DNA of 64,000 nt from Paragordius varius (taxonomy: Eukaryota; Animalia; Nematomorpha), in contig OZ176056.1 of the NCBI GenBank assembly GCA_964247055.1, forward strand, positions 2,542,001 to 2,606,000, read 5' to 3'. The stretch's first letter is position 1. Each line of letters opens with the position of its first letter. The notes under the pieces were generated by a model. That model was not told the DNA's origin, made no database searches, and worked only from the letters and a program-made list of their open reading frames with translations. Position numbers and translations under genes: made by a program. This document shows positions 39,565-53,900 of the stretch, piece after piece.

Positions 39565-40365
39565 CACTTGGATACAACACATTCATTTTAGTCCTTCGAT
39601 TCAAATTGGAGTAGTTAAATACCCCAGGCCTGTTTAAAATAAAATTCTTTAAAAAATATGGAAGGAATCGAAACCATTTGCACTTATATAACATTAATAA
39701 ACCGAAATATATAAAAAAATTTATTCATAAATACTTGATATTACTTATTTTAAGCTAAAACGGAAAGGTAAAAATTTAGTCAACGTGAGTTGTGTGCAAT
39801 GGTAAAATTAAAAAATAATACAAAATAAACAGCTTTTTTCATTATATATGTTAAATATAATTTCAATGAAAAATAAGCTTTAATTTTACTCTTAAAATTA
39901 AATGAAGACGATTTTTTGCAAAAATTTTGCAAAATAAAAATTGCGTCGAAGTAATTTGACAGAAACTTTTTTTTCAAAACAAAATTTTATTTCGATATTT
40001 TAGATTTTTATATAATTTTAATTAAGATAGAAGCATAAATTTAAATTGGGACCGTTTCCTTCAGTAGTTTTTTAAAAATCCTAACTCAAATTTAGTCTGG
40101 GGTATTTAGATACCCCAATTTTACCATTGCAGACATGCCATGTTGGCTAAATTTTTACCTTTGGGTTTTAGCTTAAAATAAGTATAATCAAGTATTTTTG
40201 AACAAAATTTTTTTTATATAATTCGGGGTATTAATGTTATATAAGTGCAAAATTTTGCCATGGTTTCTATTCCTTCCATATCTTTTAAAAAATTTAATTA
40301 TAAACAGGCCTGGGGTATACAACTACCCCAATTATCGAAGAAAATGAATGTGTTGTATCCAAATG
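39565..40365. mobile_element. piggyBac-like MITE family F
   Basis: TTAA|CACTTGGATACAACAC ... GTGTTGTATCCAAATG|TTAA. Other copies at 44054-~47700, 53395-53933 and 59887-60454; fragments at about 38815 and 39058. Confidence 0.75.
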
Positions 40366-43201
40366 TTAAGGGTGATATAGGAAAATTTATTACACTTTTG
40401 TGGTTGGTGCTACATATTAGAAATGGCAAATTTTGTGCAGATTTTTTTAAATATAATTTTTTTGGTGTAAATGCCTCATTCAAAAAATGTCACAAACATT
40501 ATCATACATAATAAGCAACATTATTTTGAAAAAATGTTATATAGATGTGGGCTACGGTCGTAATTCCGCTCCTCTAAAATGAGTTAGTTATTTTAACACA
40601 AAAATGCCGGGATGGCACAATAAAATTTTAAATATATGCTAAATTTTTAATCAACTAAAAATATTTTTTAAAAAATGTATACTTCTTTCAATATAATTTT
40701 TGGCGAAATTTTGTTGAAGCGTACTTATTACTATTTTGAGTAATTGAAACGGTATAAAAGGCTTTAGGATAATAAAACTCTTTTTTCATAAACTTTTCTA
40801 TCTGTTAAACTAGTTGGACCTTCACACTACGCTGTGATGTAGTCTCACCGATAATTATTTTTAATAATTTGCAAATAATAGAGCTAAAGGAGTAAAAATA
40901 ATAAAACTATATTAATTAAAAAGTTGTCTTTAATTTTTCCATTACCGGTTTTCGCATAGGTTTAAATATTGTTATTACTCAAAATTGACCATATAAAAAC
41001 TGTGTCTTATAAAATTAATATTCAAATATCATTGTATTTATTTTAAGATTTTCGCTTTATAAAATCATGCCTAAGAGTTTTATTATATTATTGTGTTCAC
41101 ACCTGGGATACTATTCAATGGATATAAATAGTACATCATTTATGATCCGTTTTATACAAATTCCTCAGAAATGTGTTTTAAACGATATCTAATTTCGGTG
41201 GCGTAGATTATTAATAAAGAGCAACAGTATTTACTCTAATACAAATAAGAATGATTAAAAAATTTTATACCGAAAATTCTTAAATATTTTAGGAATGCTA
41301 GCTAATACAGGTTGAAAAAAAGGCTTTGACAACCTAATTATATAATGACTGCTTTTATTCAAATAATATAATATAAAAATAAAAATTTATCTTTCAGTTT
41401 TTAAATGAAAAAAAATAGTTAAGCATATGATTTTCGGAAAATTTACAAATATTATAGCAAAATCAATTATATCAAACTTCAGCTCAAGATATAAATTTGT
41501 TAATTTTTTTATGATTTTGTGGACCGCAATAAAGGTTTAAATGGGTCGCCCGGAAAAATACACCCTGTCTTTAATTATTTTTCTGTTCTTACAATTAGTA
41601 TGCCGACATTGGTTTAGCCTTCTGCTACACGACTTTCTTTATAGTTGGATCAAGTATGCAAACATCGGTGCGATAATTATAATTTGTCTCTACTGTAATG
41701 CGCTATGAATAAAAAATGAGGCTTAAGAATAATGTTTAATGCTTGATATTAAAATAAATGTTGGATAATTTGTTTGGCAGAGTTATTTTAATATAAAATC
41801 CATATTTAAAGATGGAATCGTTAAAAAATAATTCCAACTTACGAACAACTTAAAGCTAAATGCCTAATCCTCCATAAGAGCTAATCTTTGCTTCAGATGA
41901 CACCATAAGTTTTTTTTACAAATTCCTTGTGTTGGTCGTATCGTTTAACTTGGTCCGCTGCCATATTTTTATTGATAAAATTATGATTATTTCAGTCACA
42001 TAATAATTAGATCAAGAATAGCGAAATCATTTAAAACAGCAATCGATGCCACTGATTCGTAAAAATTAATTTTTAACCCAAAACTGTCATGGAAAATATG
42101 AGCGAACAATTATTCTAATAAACATTTGGTTTAAATAACTTTTCATCAAAATATATGTTGTTATCCAACCATTTCTTTGGTGATAGATATTCTCTTCGCT
42201 TTTAAAACTGATTGGAGTGATTGAATTGATTTTATAGGAGGATATATTTATCATCACTAAAACAGGAACGTTTACCTTGTGAATCAAATTTTGACATTCA
42301 GAGTTTGTGAAACATATCAATCAATAATTTAATGTCACAGTAGTAGGGGTATTGTTTACATCTTATCCTTGAATTTAAGCATGAACCGCCAAATTATCCC
42401 TAAAAATGATTGATACAAAATAGATGACTCTCCTACAGGTTGTATAGTAACAAACAAATAAAGATTAAATTAATTTCTGAAATAATTAAAAATGAATTGA
42501 ACCATATCCAAAATTTTCGATACATATATTTGCTTCTGCAATGGAAGAATTTTAAAAAAAGAAATTAATTATACATTAATAGGGAAAGCCTACCATGTAA
42601 ATTATCTAAAATAGGGAAAACCGGCGACTTCACCAATACCCATTCGTAAATAATATTATTCCTAAATTTAAAATATTTGTTGCTATTTGTTTGTGAGATA
42701 TACTTGGCATTACGTCTAAATCTTTTAGAAGACGGATTACCTCTACAAATCAAATACTGGCAAAGAGGCTTTCTGCTTCAAAACTAATTAAATATTGGTT
42801 TTAGCTAAATTTACACTTTATTTAATCTACACTGAGGGTGTCAATTCAAATAGGATGAAGAGCCACATTTAAAAAAATATATATAGACTTAAGTATCAGA
42901 TAAATTTGTTATAAATATACAGTATGAGTATCTATACAATGCTAGAAAGTTATTAATTAAATATTATTGGTTAATAATAGAAAGTGAAAAAAATAACTAT
43001 AAATATAAACAAATAATACTGTCCTTTGTTGTATTTACTATTTGGCAATAATAACCTTCTATTGTTGTTGTTTACTAAGGTCGATAACAAAAATACTAGT
43101 ATAAATATTACTAAATTTGGTGTTAAATTGTACTAATATGTGTAAAGGAAATTTGATAAAATGCATGGAATGGACAAATTAAACTTAATTTTTTAAAATA
43201 T

Positions 43202-43985
43202 GGGCCTGCTGAATAAAAACAAGCATCTACTGGGTAGTATGAGCTTGATAGTATGTACCAATTTTTGAAAAAACATTGAATAAAAATAGGTACTTACTAT
43301 CATGTACGTACTTAAGTCTTTAGTATGTGTAAAATGTTTATTTTCATTTTGTTTTTTGTTAGTTTTTGATTTCATTCATAAAATACGTTTGAAAAATTCA
43401 TAAAGAAAATTAGAAAGTCTAACTTTTGGAAAATAAATATCGATTATCTACCCATATTTTTAAATAATGCATTTATTAATACACATTTATTCATAAATAC
43501 ACAAATATGAAATAATCGAAAAAAATGATATGATTGTTAACATTCTTGAAAAAAAACCAATCTTTTTTAACAAAAGTAATAATTGCAAATTGAACTCACA
43601 AAGCTTAAAATAGAGAAGGAAAAAAATTATTATTAATAATAAAACAAATAATATTTAATTAATATATTAATAAGTATGTATTATGAATCATGTAATTTAA
43701 AAAAACATTTATCTTAGAAATTTTATAAAAATATAACCGATATTATTTTAAGTGAAAAAATAATAGTTTAAAATATTGCCATTTACCAGCTTAAAAAAAC
43801 CAGTTAAGTACTAGGTAAAATTTGTAAAAAGACAATTTTTATTCAATGATATTTGTCAGTAAATACTGGTAAACATAGTACGTACTGGATAGTAAAAGCA
43901 ATATATTTTTTTATTCAATACATAGCTAGTATATACTGGAAAAAACCTAGTTTTTAGTATATACTAGCTTTTATTCAGCAGGCCC
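43202..43985. mobile_element. Internal-deletion derivative (MITE) of the Harbinger at 13792-15664
   Basis: Same 17-bp TIRs and near-identical arms, with a different 3-bp TSD (TAT). The nuclease region is absent. Confidence 0.92.
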
Positions 43986-44069
43986 TATATATCTGCCATT
44001 GATGAAGGTTTCAATATAATATTAAAGAATAGAATGTCAAGGAAAATGATTAACACTTGGATACAATAC

Positions 44070-47000
44070 TGTAAGGTTATAATATTCTATTTTGTATTCG
44101 AATATTATATATATATTTCGTGTTAAAGCTTATGTGTGTTGAGATTAACCATTTTGTAACGTCTACGCAAATAAGGGATGCACACCTAAAAAAAAACTTG
44201 TGATATAATAGCCAGGGTACCTTTAACTCTAAAACCTTTAGTAGAAAATGAAATTGATAGATTAGTTAAACTCAAAATACTCCGACCTATCGATCCGACC
44301 CAAACCTTAATAACATGGGCCTCTCCCACAGTAAATATAATTAAAGGAAATGGAGAAATTAAGATATGTGCCGATTTCCGAATTAGTATCAACCGTTATT
44401 TAGCAAAGGATTCTCATCTGATACCTACTTTTGACAAGTTGGCCACCAAAGTGGCAAATGAGATAATTTTTTCCACTTTAGACCTGAAAGATGCTTACTT
44501 ACAATTTCTGATAGACCGGGCGTCACAGACGCTAGTAACCATCACAACTCACAAAGGGTTTTATGCTTACCAACGACTTCCATTCGGATTAACTTCAGCA
44601 CCTATGATCTTTCAAAAATGCATGGACAATCTTTTAAAGGACATACCTGGTATTTGTGTGTACCTGGATGATGTCTTAATTTCCGGAGCTACCAGGGAGG
44701 AACATGATCAAAGATTAAGGGAAGTATGAAGAAGGTTACAAGAGGCGGGATTACGATTGCGCCGAGACAAATTGCAAATTGGTATCTCACGAGTCAAATA
44801 CATGGGGTACGTGATTTCTGACCAAGGTATTGAGCCGTCCAATGAAAAAGTAGAGGCCATTAAAAATTGTCCACACCTACAAACAAAACTGTGCTACGTT
44901 CGTTCTTAGGCTTAATAAATTTTCATGAGCGGTTTATACCAAACTGTCACCCACACCTAGCAACCTTACACAAGTTAAGTGGTAAGAATACACCTTGGCG
45001 GTGGACCCCGGCAGATGATAGTGAATTCGCGAAAGCAAAAAGCTTGCTAACCAGGCCAACCGCTTTAATGCCATTTAACGACCGTTTTCCCTTGTTGATC
45101 GAAACAGATGCTTCCAACAAGGGGTTTGGGGCAACACTGTTTCATAAGACCCCACAGGGGAAACGCCCAATTTTTTACGCGTCACGAACTTGTTCAATAG
45201 CAGAAAAGGGTTATTCCACGATCGAAAAAGAGGCCAATAGTGTTTGCCCTAGAAAAATTTAAATACTTTATACATGGAAGACCGTTCGAGATATATACAG
45301 ATCATAAACCGCTGGTGTCACTATTTGGGCGGAAGAGAGACATCAACAACATTAATAATAGCAAACTGCTCAGGTGGATATCGAATACCATCGGGTACGA
45401 GTATGAAATATTTTACAAGAAAGGGGAAGAAAACTTAGCCGACGCGTTGTCGAGACTTCCCATAGAGCATAGCCAACCAGATGATGAAGATGACGCGGCC
45501 ACCAAGCAGGTACGATTTTTGGCTCTAAAAGCGCTGGATGTATATAAGAAAGTGGTCGAAGAGGCAACGATCACTGACCAACGGTTATCAAAAGTTAAAA
45601 ATGCTCTCAGGACAAACAGTTGGATCGACGAAGATTTGAAACCTTTTTTAAAACATAAAAACGACTTGGAGTGTTGTTATAATCTGTTATACCTGAATGA
45701 TCGCTTAGTGATACCACAAGCGATGCAGGAAGCGATCTTGAAACTTCTGCATGCGGGACACAGCGGGCTAAAAGCAATGAAAGCCCAAGCCCGGTGTTCG
45801 GTATTTTGGCCCGAATTAGACGCCGATCTAGCGAATTATGTGGAAAGGTGCGAGGCTTGCCAAAACTATCGACCTAACGCACCTGAAAATCTTCCTTATC
45901 GATGGAATTTTAACACTTTGACATGGGAAAGGTTACATATAGATGTTGCTGGACCGGTGGACGGATAATATTGGTTAGTGACTATCGATAGCGCCTCACG
46001 GTGGGTAGAGATAGATCTTCTTAAATCAATAACGAGTCAAAGCGTTTTAATTTGCCTGGAAAAACACATCGCACGATTTGGTTTTCCCCGCCATATTGTG
46101 ACCGATAATGCCACGTATTTTACTTCAAGAGAATTTACGACTCTCCTAAATCAGATGAATATAAAGCACATCTGCGCAGCACCCTATCACCCCAAAACAA
46201 ACGGTCTAGTAGAGAGAGTAATAAAGACATTAAAAACGAAATACGCCGCTACTAAGACCCAACAAATGCATGCATATGAAGCTATCAACACGGTTTATTC
46301 GTATCAAACTAGCATGCATTCTTCGCTAAAAGAAACGCCTTCCGCCATATTCCTAAAACGGCGTGTACACAATCCTATCTCTTGGGTAAAAACAACCCCT
46401 GTCGAATTTATAGAGCACGAAAATGAACCGAGACGCGAATTCCAACAAGACGATCCTGTCTATAAAAATGAAATGGCCTTCTGGCGGCCAGGTCACATTC
46501 TGGAGAGAAGGGGGTTACTCTCGTATGAAGTGCAAGATGAGGAAGGGATTCGAAAACGTAAACATGCAGATCAGTTACGACGTAGGTCAGGAGGGAATTC
46601 ATACGAAACTAATCCCTTAATAGAGCACAAATATCCCAGCGTCGAAAGTGTCCCGGGTCATGTCGAGGGAGCCCACTCCGAACAAACCTTCCATCCCACT
46701 TCGGAATCTCAAATAGTCCATGCCCCAACTCCTGCTACCTCATGGCAAGACGTAGCCCCAGAATCGCTGACGCCTGTAGAGGCCAGACCCGACGTGGTAA
46801 AGGAGGTTTCCGACCTACCCGAGCGTAGATATCCGCTAAGAAGACGTCAGCCTCCCGATCGTTTAAACTTATAGGTATAATGTAGAACACGACAGCCCCC
46901 GTGGTTAACTTAGGGGGAAAGTAATGTAAGGTTATAATATTCTATTTTGTATTTGAATATTATATATATATATTTCGTGTTAAAGCTTATCTGTGTTGAG

Positions 47001-47156
47001 AATAACCATTGTGTAACGTCTACGCAAATAAGGCATGCACACATATAAAAGAACTTGTGATATAATAGCCAGTCACTTTTTATGTTGGTTTTCTTTTTAT
47101 CGCTCAACTCTATTTTTATATACCATATTGCTATACGTGAATAGATCAACTTTTCA
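44070..47156 (+). mobile_element. Ty3/Gypsy LTR retrotransposon, 5'-deleted
   Basis: 3' LTR 46925-47156 (TG...CA), preceded by the polypurine tract AGGGGGAAAG. 5' LTR truncated at 44070-44215. 5-bp TSD AATAC at 44065-44069 and 47157-47161. Inserted in a family F MITE. Confidence 0.95.
44211..46874 (+). pseudogene. Gypsy pol remnant (RT, RNase H, integrase; K02A2.6-like)
   Basis: RT motifs LDLKDAYLQ, RLPFGLTSAP and YLDD; RNase H ETDAS and TDHKPL; integrase H-H-C-C, HIDVAGP, IVTDNA and NGLVER. In-frame stops at 44727 and 45966, frameshifts near 44867 and 45240. Confidence 0.93.
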
Positions 47157-47919
47157 AATACATTCTCTGTCCTTCGATTCTTAATGGTGTAGTTGGATAT
47201 TACAAGCCTGTTTTAAATTAAATACCTTGAAAAATTATAAGGAATCGGAACCATGCAAAAATTTGCAGTTTATAACATTCATAAACCGAAATATATAAAA
47301 ATTTTATTCATACTCTATTTTACTAATTTTGATGTTAAACTTAAAGGTAAAAATTTAGTCAACATAACATATATCCATTGGCTAAATTGAAAAATATTAC
47401 AAGATAAACCATTTTTTCAATTTCATTAATGTTAGAGGTAATTTAAATAAAAAAATTAGCTTCCATTTTACCTTTAAAATTAAATGAGTACGATACTTTG
47501 CAAAAATTTTGTGAAACAAAAATGGCGTCGAAGTAGTCTGACATGAAACTGTTTTTTCAAAATTAAATTTTATTTAAATATTTTGGCTTATTTATATAAT
47601 TTTTATCAGGAGAGAAGCATAAATTTTGGGACCGTTTCCCTCAGAAGTTTTTTAATTGATTTAAATTTAGTCCGGGGTATTAAATACGCCAATTCGAAAA
47701 GTTTTAAATGAATATTATGAAAAATAATAAAAATATTATAAAAAAAAATATGCAAATCAATTTTAATTTTTACTTTTTTAAAAAATTATGTTGATTAATC
47801 AGAATACGGCGATAATAATTTACATTTTTTTCATTTATTTCTCCATAACTAGATTACTAATAAAAAGTAAATTTCACGTGAAATATGTTCCTTGATATAC
47901 TGTATTCGAAAAATTCGTT

Positions 47920-50900
47920 ATGTCTGGCGTAAATGAGAAAAAACAACATTTGCATAAAAAGTTCCCACGAAAAAGATTGATGCCATTTTTCGTTTTTATT
48001 TTTTTAAAGTTTTTCGAAAATAAATTGTTATCTCTACGAGGGCATGGAAAATCTTAGATTTTTATTTACGGAATTAGAATGGGGAAATATTAAAAATATA
48101 GAAAAGTGTGATGCAACAAAATTGGGTAAATTATAAAATAATGTTTAAAAGCCATAAATGATTCAATCGTATTGGCCCAAATGTTGGAAAAAGACCCATC
48201 TATTGTTAAATATAACGTGGCTCGCTACATGCTGAAGAATGGATTTTTTTATGATTATGATAACATAATGTTGCGGAAAGACGGAAGTATAAAATCAGAT
48301 GGCCCTATCAAAGCAACAACTCTTTATGAAATGTCTCACTTAGCATCGCAAGTGTCACTTAAAAACTTTCCTCGAATTAAAATATGGTAAATATTTTAAT
48401 ATAAATTTTATATTTTAAATTACACATTTTATTAATGTCCTAACTTTATCTTCATATCCACAGTGTAAATATCATAAGTATAAATAATATAATATGTACT
48501 CTCGATTCAATTTAATGAATTTTATTCATAAACAGATTAGTGTAATATATTGAATACACTAAACAACAGACTTTTTTAACTGCCATTCTTGTAAATTTAA
48601 AATTTATTTCATTAAAGTAAAATGAATCTGAAAAAAATTGGTCTAAAGCTTTAGCATTTTCTTTTATTATGGTTTATCGAAAATTTTTGACCCCAATTTA
48701 ACATTAGCCTCGAACTTTTCTAATTAAAAGTTTTAGATATAGAGCCATGTATTTTATATCATTTGAAGGATCGCGAAAGTATCCTTTGAATGGTAGTTAC
48801 TCATTTAAATCAACCCTTAAATACGTCAATTTTCACAGACAAACTAATTTAAAATCATAAAATTAATTAATATAATAGGGTTACATGAATATCAAATTAA
48901 AAAAAAAGCTTTTTTAATAAAAATTATTATTATTAAAGTTATTTTACTTAGTTACTTTGTCAAATTATAACTGATTTGATTAATAATGGTTATAAAGGAT
49001 CGTGAGTACCATAGCCTAATTTCTACTCTTTAAAATTTTGAAATTATGAGCTTTATAAAGACAATAAATTATTTTAGATGAGGTGATAATTTTTAAAACA
49101 AAAAACTTAAAAATGGCTGTTTAGAATGACATCAAAGCAATAAATAAGTGTGATAAAAAAATGCATTTTATAGAGTTTAATTACTCTTTCAAATGATATA
49201 TTACAAATATGCATTTATTGTATATTTTCAAAATAATCATAAAACATTAAATTATACAATTTTTTAGGAATTATATTTTTATTTGAGATTTAATGTTAAA
49301 ATGATAATAAATATCAGAAAATGCAAAAACTCGAGTGGCAGGAAAATTTGTTGTCTAAAAATATCGAATAAAAAATGGCCACCCTATTAGGATTGATAAA
49401 CCATTTCATACAGGATTATGTGTTTTAAATTCGGGCAATTAATTTGTAAATTTAAGACTTTGAAAGGGGATATTTTTATTATATTTTCCGGCATACGAAT
49501 TTACCTATTGATTTATGATAAAACTCTATTGTGTTTTTACATTTTATTATATATTATTTGGGACAAAATACAGCATAAATGAATTTGGGAAATCTATAAT
49601 TGCCACGTCAAACATCGGAACTTATGGATGCGTATTTGCTGAAAATCCTTTATTTTATGCCCCCACTATTAAAAACAGTAATTATTATTTTTTATATAAA
49701 CTAATTCAGTTCTTGAAAAGAAATAACTTAAAACGATTTTAAATAAGCTATAATAAAATAGGAAGAGTTAAACCTATTTTAAATAGGACTTATCCGTGCA
49801 AACTTTAATAAATTACCAGGAATTAAACTTATCCATACAGTTTGAAAAAAAATATTTTAAAACCCTAGTTTTATTGTACATAAATAATTATAGGCAAATT
49901 GTTTAAAAGTTTTGCTTCATATATGTGTAGTTAATGATATATTTCAGTGATATTTTTAATGAATTTAGATTTTATTAAAATAAATTTTTTGCAAAATAAG
50001 CATGTAGATTTCTGATATGGGCCAATTACCACAAAAGTAGTAGAAGCAAAAAAAAATGAAATGCCTGATACAATTATCTATCAGAATATATATATCTCAT
50101 CAATTTGATTAGTGTGGTAGAAATCATGTTAAAGTTTAATCACGAAATAATTATTCATTTTTAAGTATATAAGTCAATAAAATAGAATTTTCTATAAGGT
50201 TTTAGAACAACAAATCCCGCACCACTTTACACTTATGTGTTTACACTCATTAACAGCATCAATCTATTTATAGAAAATTAAAAAATAAACTAATTAATTT
50301 AAATTATTCAGTTTTATGTTAATATAAAATCATTTTTATTCTACATAAACAGGCGTAGTCATAAGCTATTACCTGTTTAACTAAAGAAAGCGAATATTAG
50401 GAAGACGATTTATATGATACAGATTTTATTTTATTCATAAAGCATTAAACGACTCACAAACACGTAGCGCCAAAACTAGCGTCTTATTATTATCATTTAT
50501 GAATGTTGAATTTTGTGCCTGAAAAATTGTTTCGTTTGCTGACAGAAAAATTTACGTGAACATGCTATATCGATTGAAACATAAACATGGTTAGAAAAAT
50601 TAGTAGTGATTTCATGTGAAAAAAAGAAACTCTTTGGACCACACAACTGCAAAATTACTAAAGGTATATTGGATGATCACACAACTCACACTCAGCAACA
50701 TTTACCAGTGTAATCATAAATAATCAATAGTTTTTTACGAGCAATGCGACCAATAAACTTGGTGAATGGCCCCACACGTATAAATCGTCGAATCGAAAAT
50801 CGTGAAGTCACCTCACGAAAAGAATTTATATTTAAATGAATAATAAAAGGGCATTATAATAAGCGGAAAAATTGTTACTTTCACCCCAGGCATCATACCA

Positions 50901-53900
50901 ATGCCAAATTATTTCAGCAAGAGTAGCGTGCTATGTGTCTGGTGGGACCAGCGATATTATGTATAAACCTGGTGAAACTGTTAATACTAAATGCTATCTC
51001 AAATCAATTTAATGCATTAATTGAAAATCGGACAAATTTATTACATGATAATCTCAATAGACAGAAATCAATAATGTTGGATAATAAATTTCAAAAAAAT
51101 GGTTTGCCACAAATCAATCAGTGTATCTGGTTAGGCATTCAAATATTAGCTGATAGATAGGTGTGTATCGAAGCCGATGCACAATATAATTAAATTGATT
51201 TCCTTTAATTACAAGTTTTTCAAATAACCGTAAAAACTTAAGACTGCGCCTGTTATATATATATATATATTATGCTTGTTAAGATTCAACCTTTTTTCAA
51301 TGAGCCTTGTCACCCCATAGATACCACTACAATAAAATATATATTTTTTTTTAAATTTAGCTATGAAACCGAATATGTTTTGTGCTTATTGTACAAAGTA
51401 TTTTGGCTTGCACGACTATTTTACAAGGAGTAACAATAGTGTATGTATATGTACCTTACTTTATATTTATACTCTTTATTAACATTTGGCATGTTTTCGA
51501 ATTATAACAACAAGCACTAATCTTAGGCCATACATGTAAATGGCTAAAAATTTAAATGTCTCCTGCTATGTATGACGTTTTTCATTTTATTAGTTACATA
51601 TTTAATTCACCCTATTTTTTCTCCTTAATATTTAAAAATGTAACTAAACAAAGCCTACATGGCTATTATAGGTTAATTACTCATTTATTCGAGATACATA
51701 TATGGTCTATAAATATGCTGGTTACTATATTCAAAAGATTTTTAAAGGGCAAAATTAAAAAAACATCCTCAATCTTATTATGGCGAATCTTTGTTTTATA
51801 GAACTCTATTACTTTTGAGGTAGTATTATATCCCAGAGTTGAGTTATTAAGCCAAATTTAAAATTCTGCATTCGTTAGGCGTTTAAGCTCATTATACAAA
51901 AAAATTAAAAAAATGTAAAATTATACTAAAATCATCTCAAACTTTTTTGCCGCCATTTTTTAATAATTTTAAATCGCTATGCAAAAGGCAAATAATAATA
52001 TATTATGGTTAGAAAAACATAATTAACTTCGAAAAGCTTTCAGGTTTTATCGGCAACTTGATACATTTTAAATTTGGTATCGTCCGTTTTAATCGAGTTT
52101 TAGAGGTGTCCCAATTATAGACTCTAAAAGTCACAAAATGTTAAAATTATAAACCATTTTATCTAATTAACGAGAACAATGTTTGATAATTAAATAACTA
52201 AAAAATCTAAAAACTGTATAAAGTTGAACTCGGGGATAAAAACTACCCCAAAAAGTAAACTAGGACAAAAAAGTGAAAGGGTAATGAAGTGTTAATTTGC
52301 AACTGGTAACAATTTGATATTAAATGTCTCTTTGAATTATTATTTTAGTTTATGAGTATCAAATTTAAATAACCGATCTATATCTAATAATGGATATAAT
52401 TATATTTTTTATTATATTCTATAGCAATATAAAGTCTCTGGATTACCCTTCATAAATAAAATTTAAAAGATAATATAATTTTTTCATTGTTTTAGAAATG
52501 GTCAAATTTCTATAAGCAGACAATTGCATGTGAATGTCATGAAGAATTTTATTGTAGTATTCAGTGTAAAAAAGAGAGTTGGAATTCTTTCCATTCCTAT
52601 GTGTGTCCACATAATTAGACCACCAAAATAGGCAAGATATAAAAAGCGCTAAACTTTCATTTAAAAAATTGGGTGAATTATGCACAAAACACCCGCTTGA
52701 AAAAGATTGGCCGGCCAATGTTAATCCAATTTTGTTCATCAAAATATTTGTCAAGGGCATAAAGGAGTTAAGTATGTTTGATGCTAAAAACACAATTAAA
52801 TTACATCTTATTGAAATTGATAATAAGCAATCTAAGAGCAATGTTACACCATTGGGTTTTTACATTATACGCAACATTTTGGGCTCCTTTACGTGTCCAG
52901 GGAACGAACTAGAATTATCCATGTACGTTATGCACTTGCAAAGGGCTAAAGAAATTTTTGAACTACTAACAAATCCAAATGATATTGAGGATTTTAAAGT
53001 ATCGCCCAAAGAATTTGCCATAATATTCCTTATTGTGGCGAAAAATATGCAAGTTTTTGCGCCTCTCCTTTTAAGTGACGACGTGGACAACTTTTTTAAA
53101 CACCATAAGCAATCTCATACTCTCAAACACAACAAGTTAGATTTTAACATCAGTGAATTTTCGGCCGAACTATTCAATAATTATCCAGAATTTTGTGGAA
53201 TTTTTATTATTCAATCTTGCTTAAATCATAGTTGTGATCGCAATGCTGTGATATCGGATTCAACTTCGGAGGATACTTTGAATGCTCATCTAAAACAGTT
53301 TAATATAATTATTGTTAAAAGTTATACCTATTGTATGTTTTGATTAATAAGAACCTTTTAAACATAGGTAAAATTACTTTATATACTTTATTAACACTTC
53401 GATTCAATTTTAGGTATCTAAATACCCCAGACCAAATTACAATTTTAAAAAACTTCTGAAGGAAACGGTCTTAAATTTATGCTTCTATCCTAATGAAAAT
53501 TATATAAATACGCCAAAATATTTTAATAATCCGTTTTGGAAAAAAAAGTTTCATGTCAAACTACTTAAACGCCATTTTTTCTTTTGCAAAATTTTTGCAA
53601 AATATCGTGTTCATTGCTAATTTTTTATTTAAATCACATCCAACATTGATATAAATAGAAAAAATGGTTTATTTTCTATGATTTTTTAATTTATCCAATG
53701 GACACATGTCGCGTTGACTAAATTTGTACCTCTCGGTTTTAGATTAAAATAAGTACAATCAACTATTTTTAAATTTTTTTTTATATATTCCGGTTTATTT
53801 GTTATATAAGTGCAAAATTTTGCCATGGTTTAAATAAAATCCGATTTTAAATTATCTAATTTTAACAGGCCTGGGGTATCCAACTACCCCAATTTGAATC

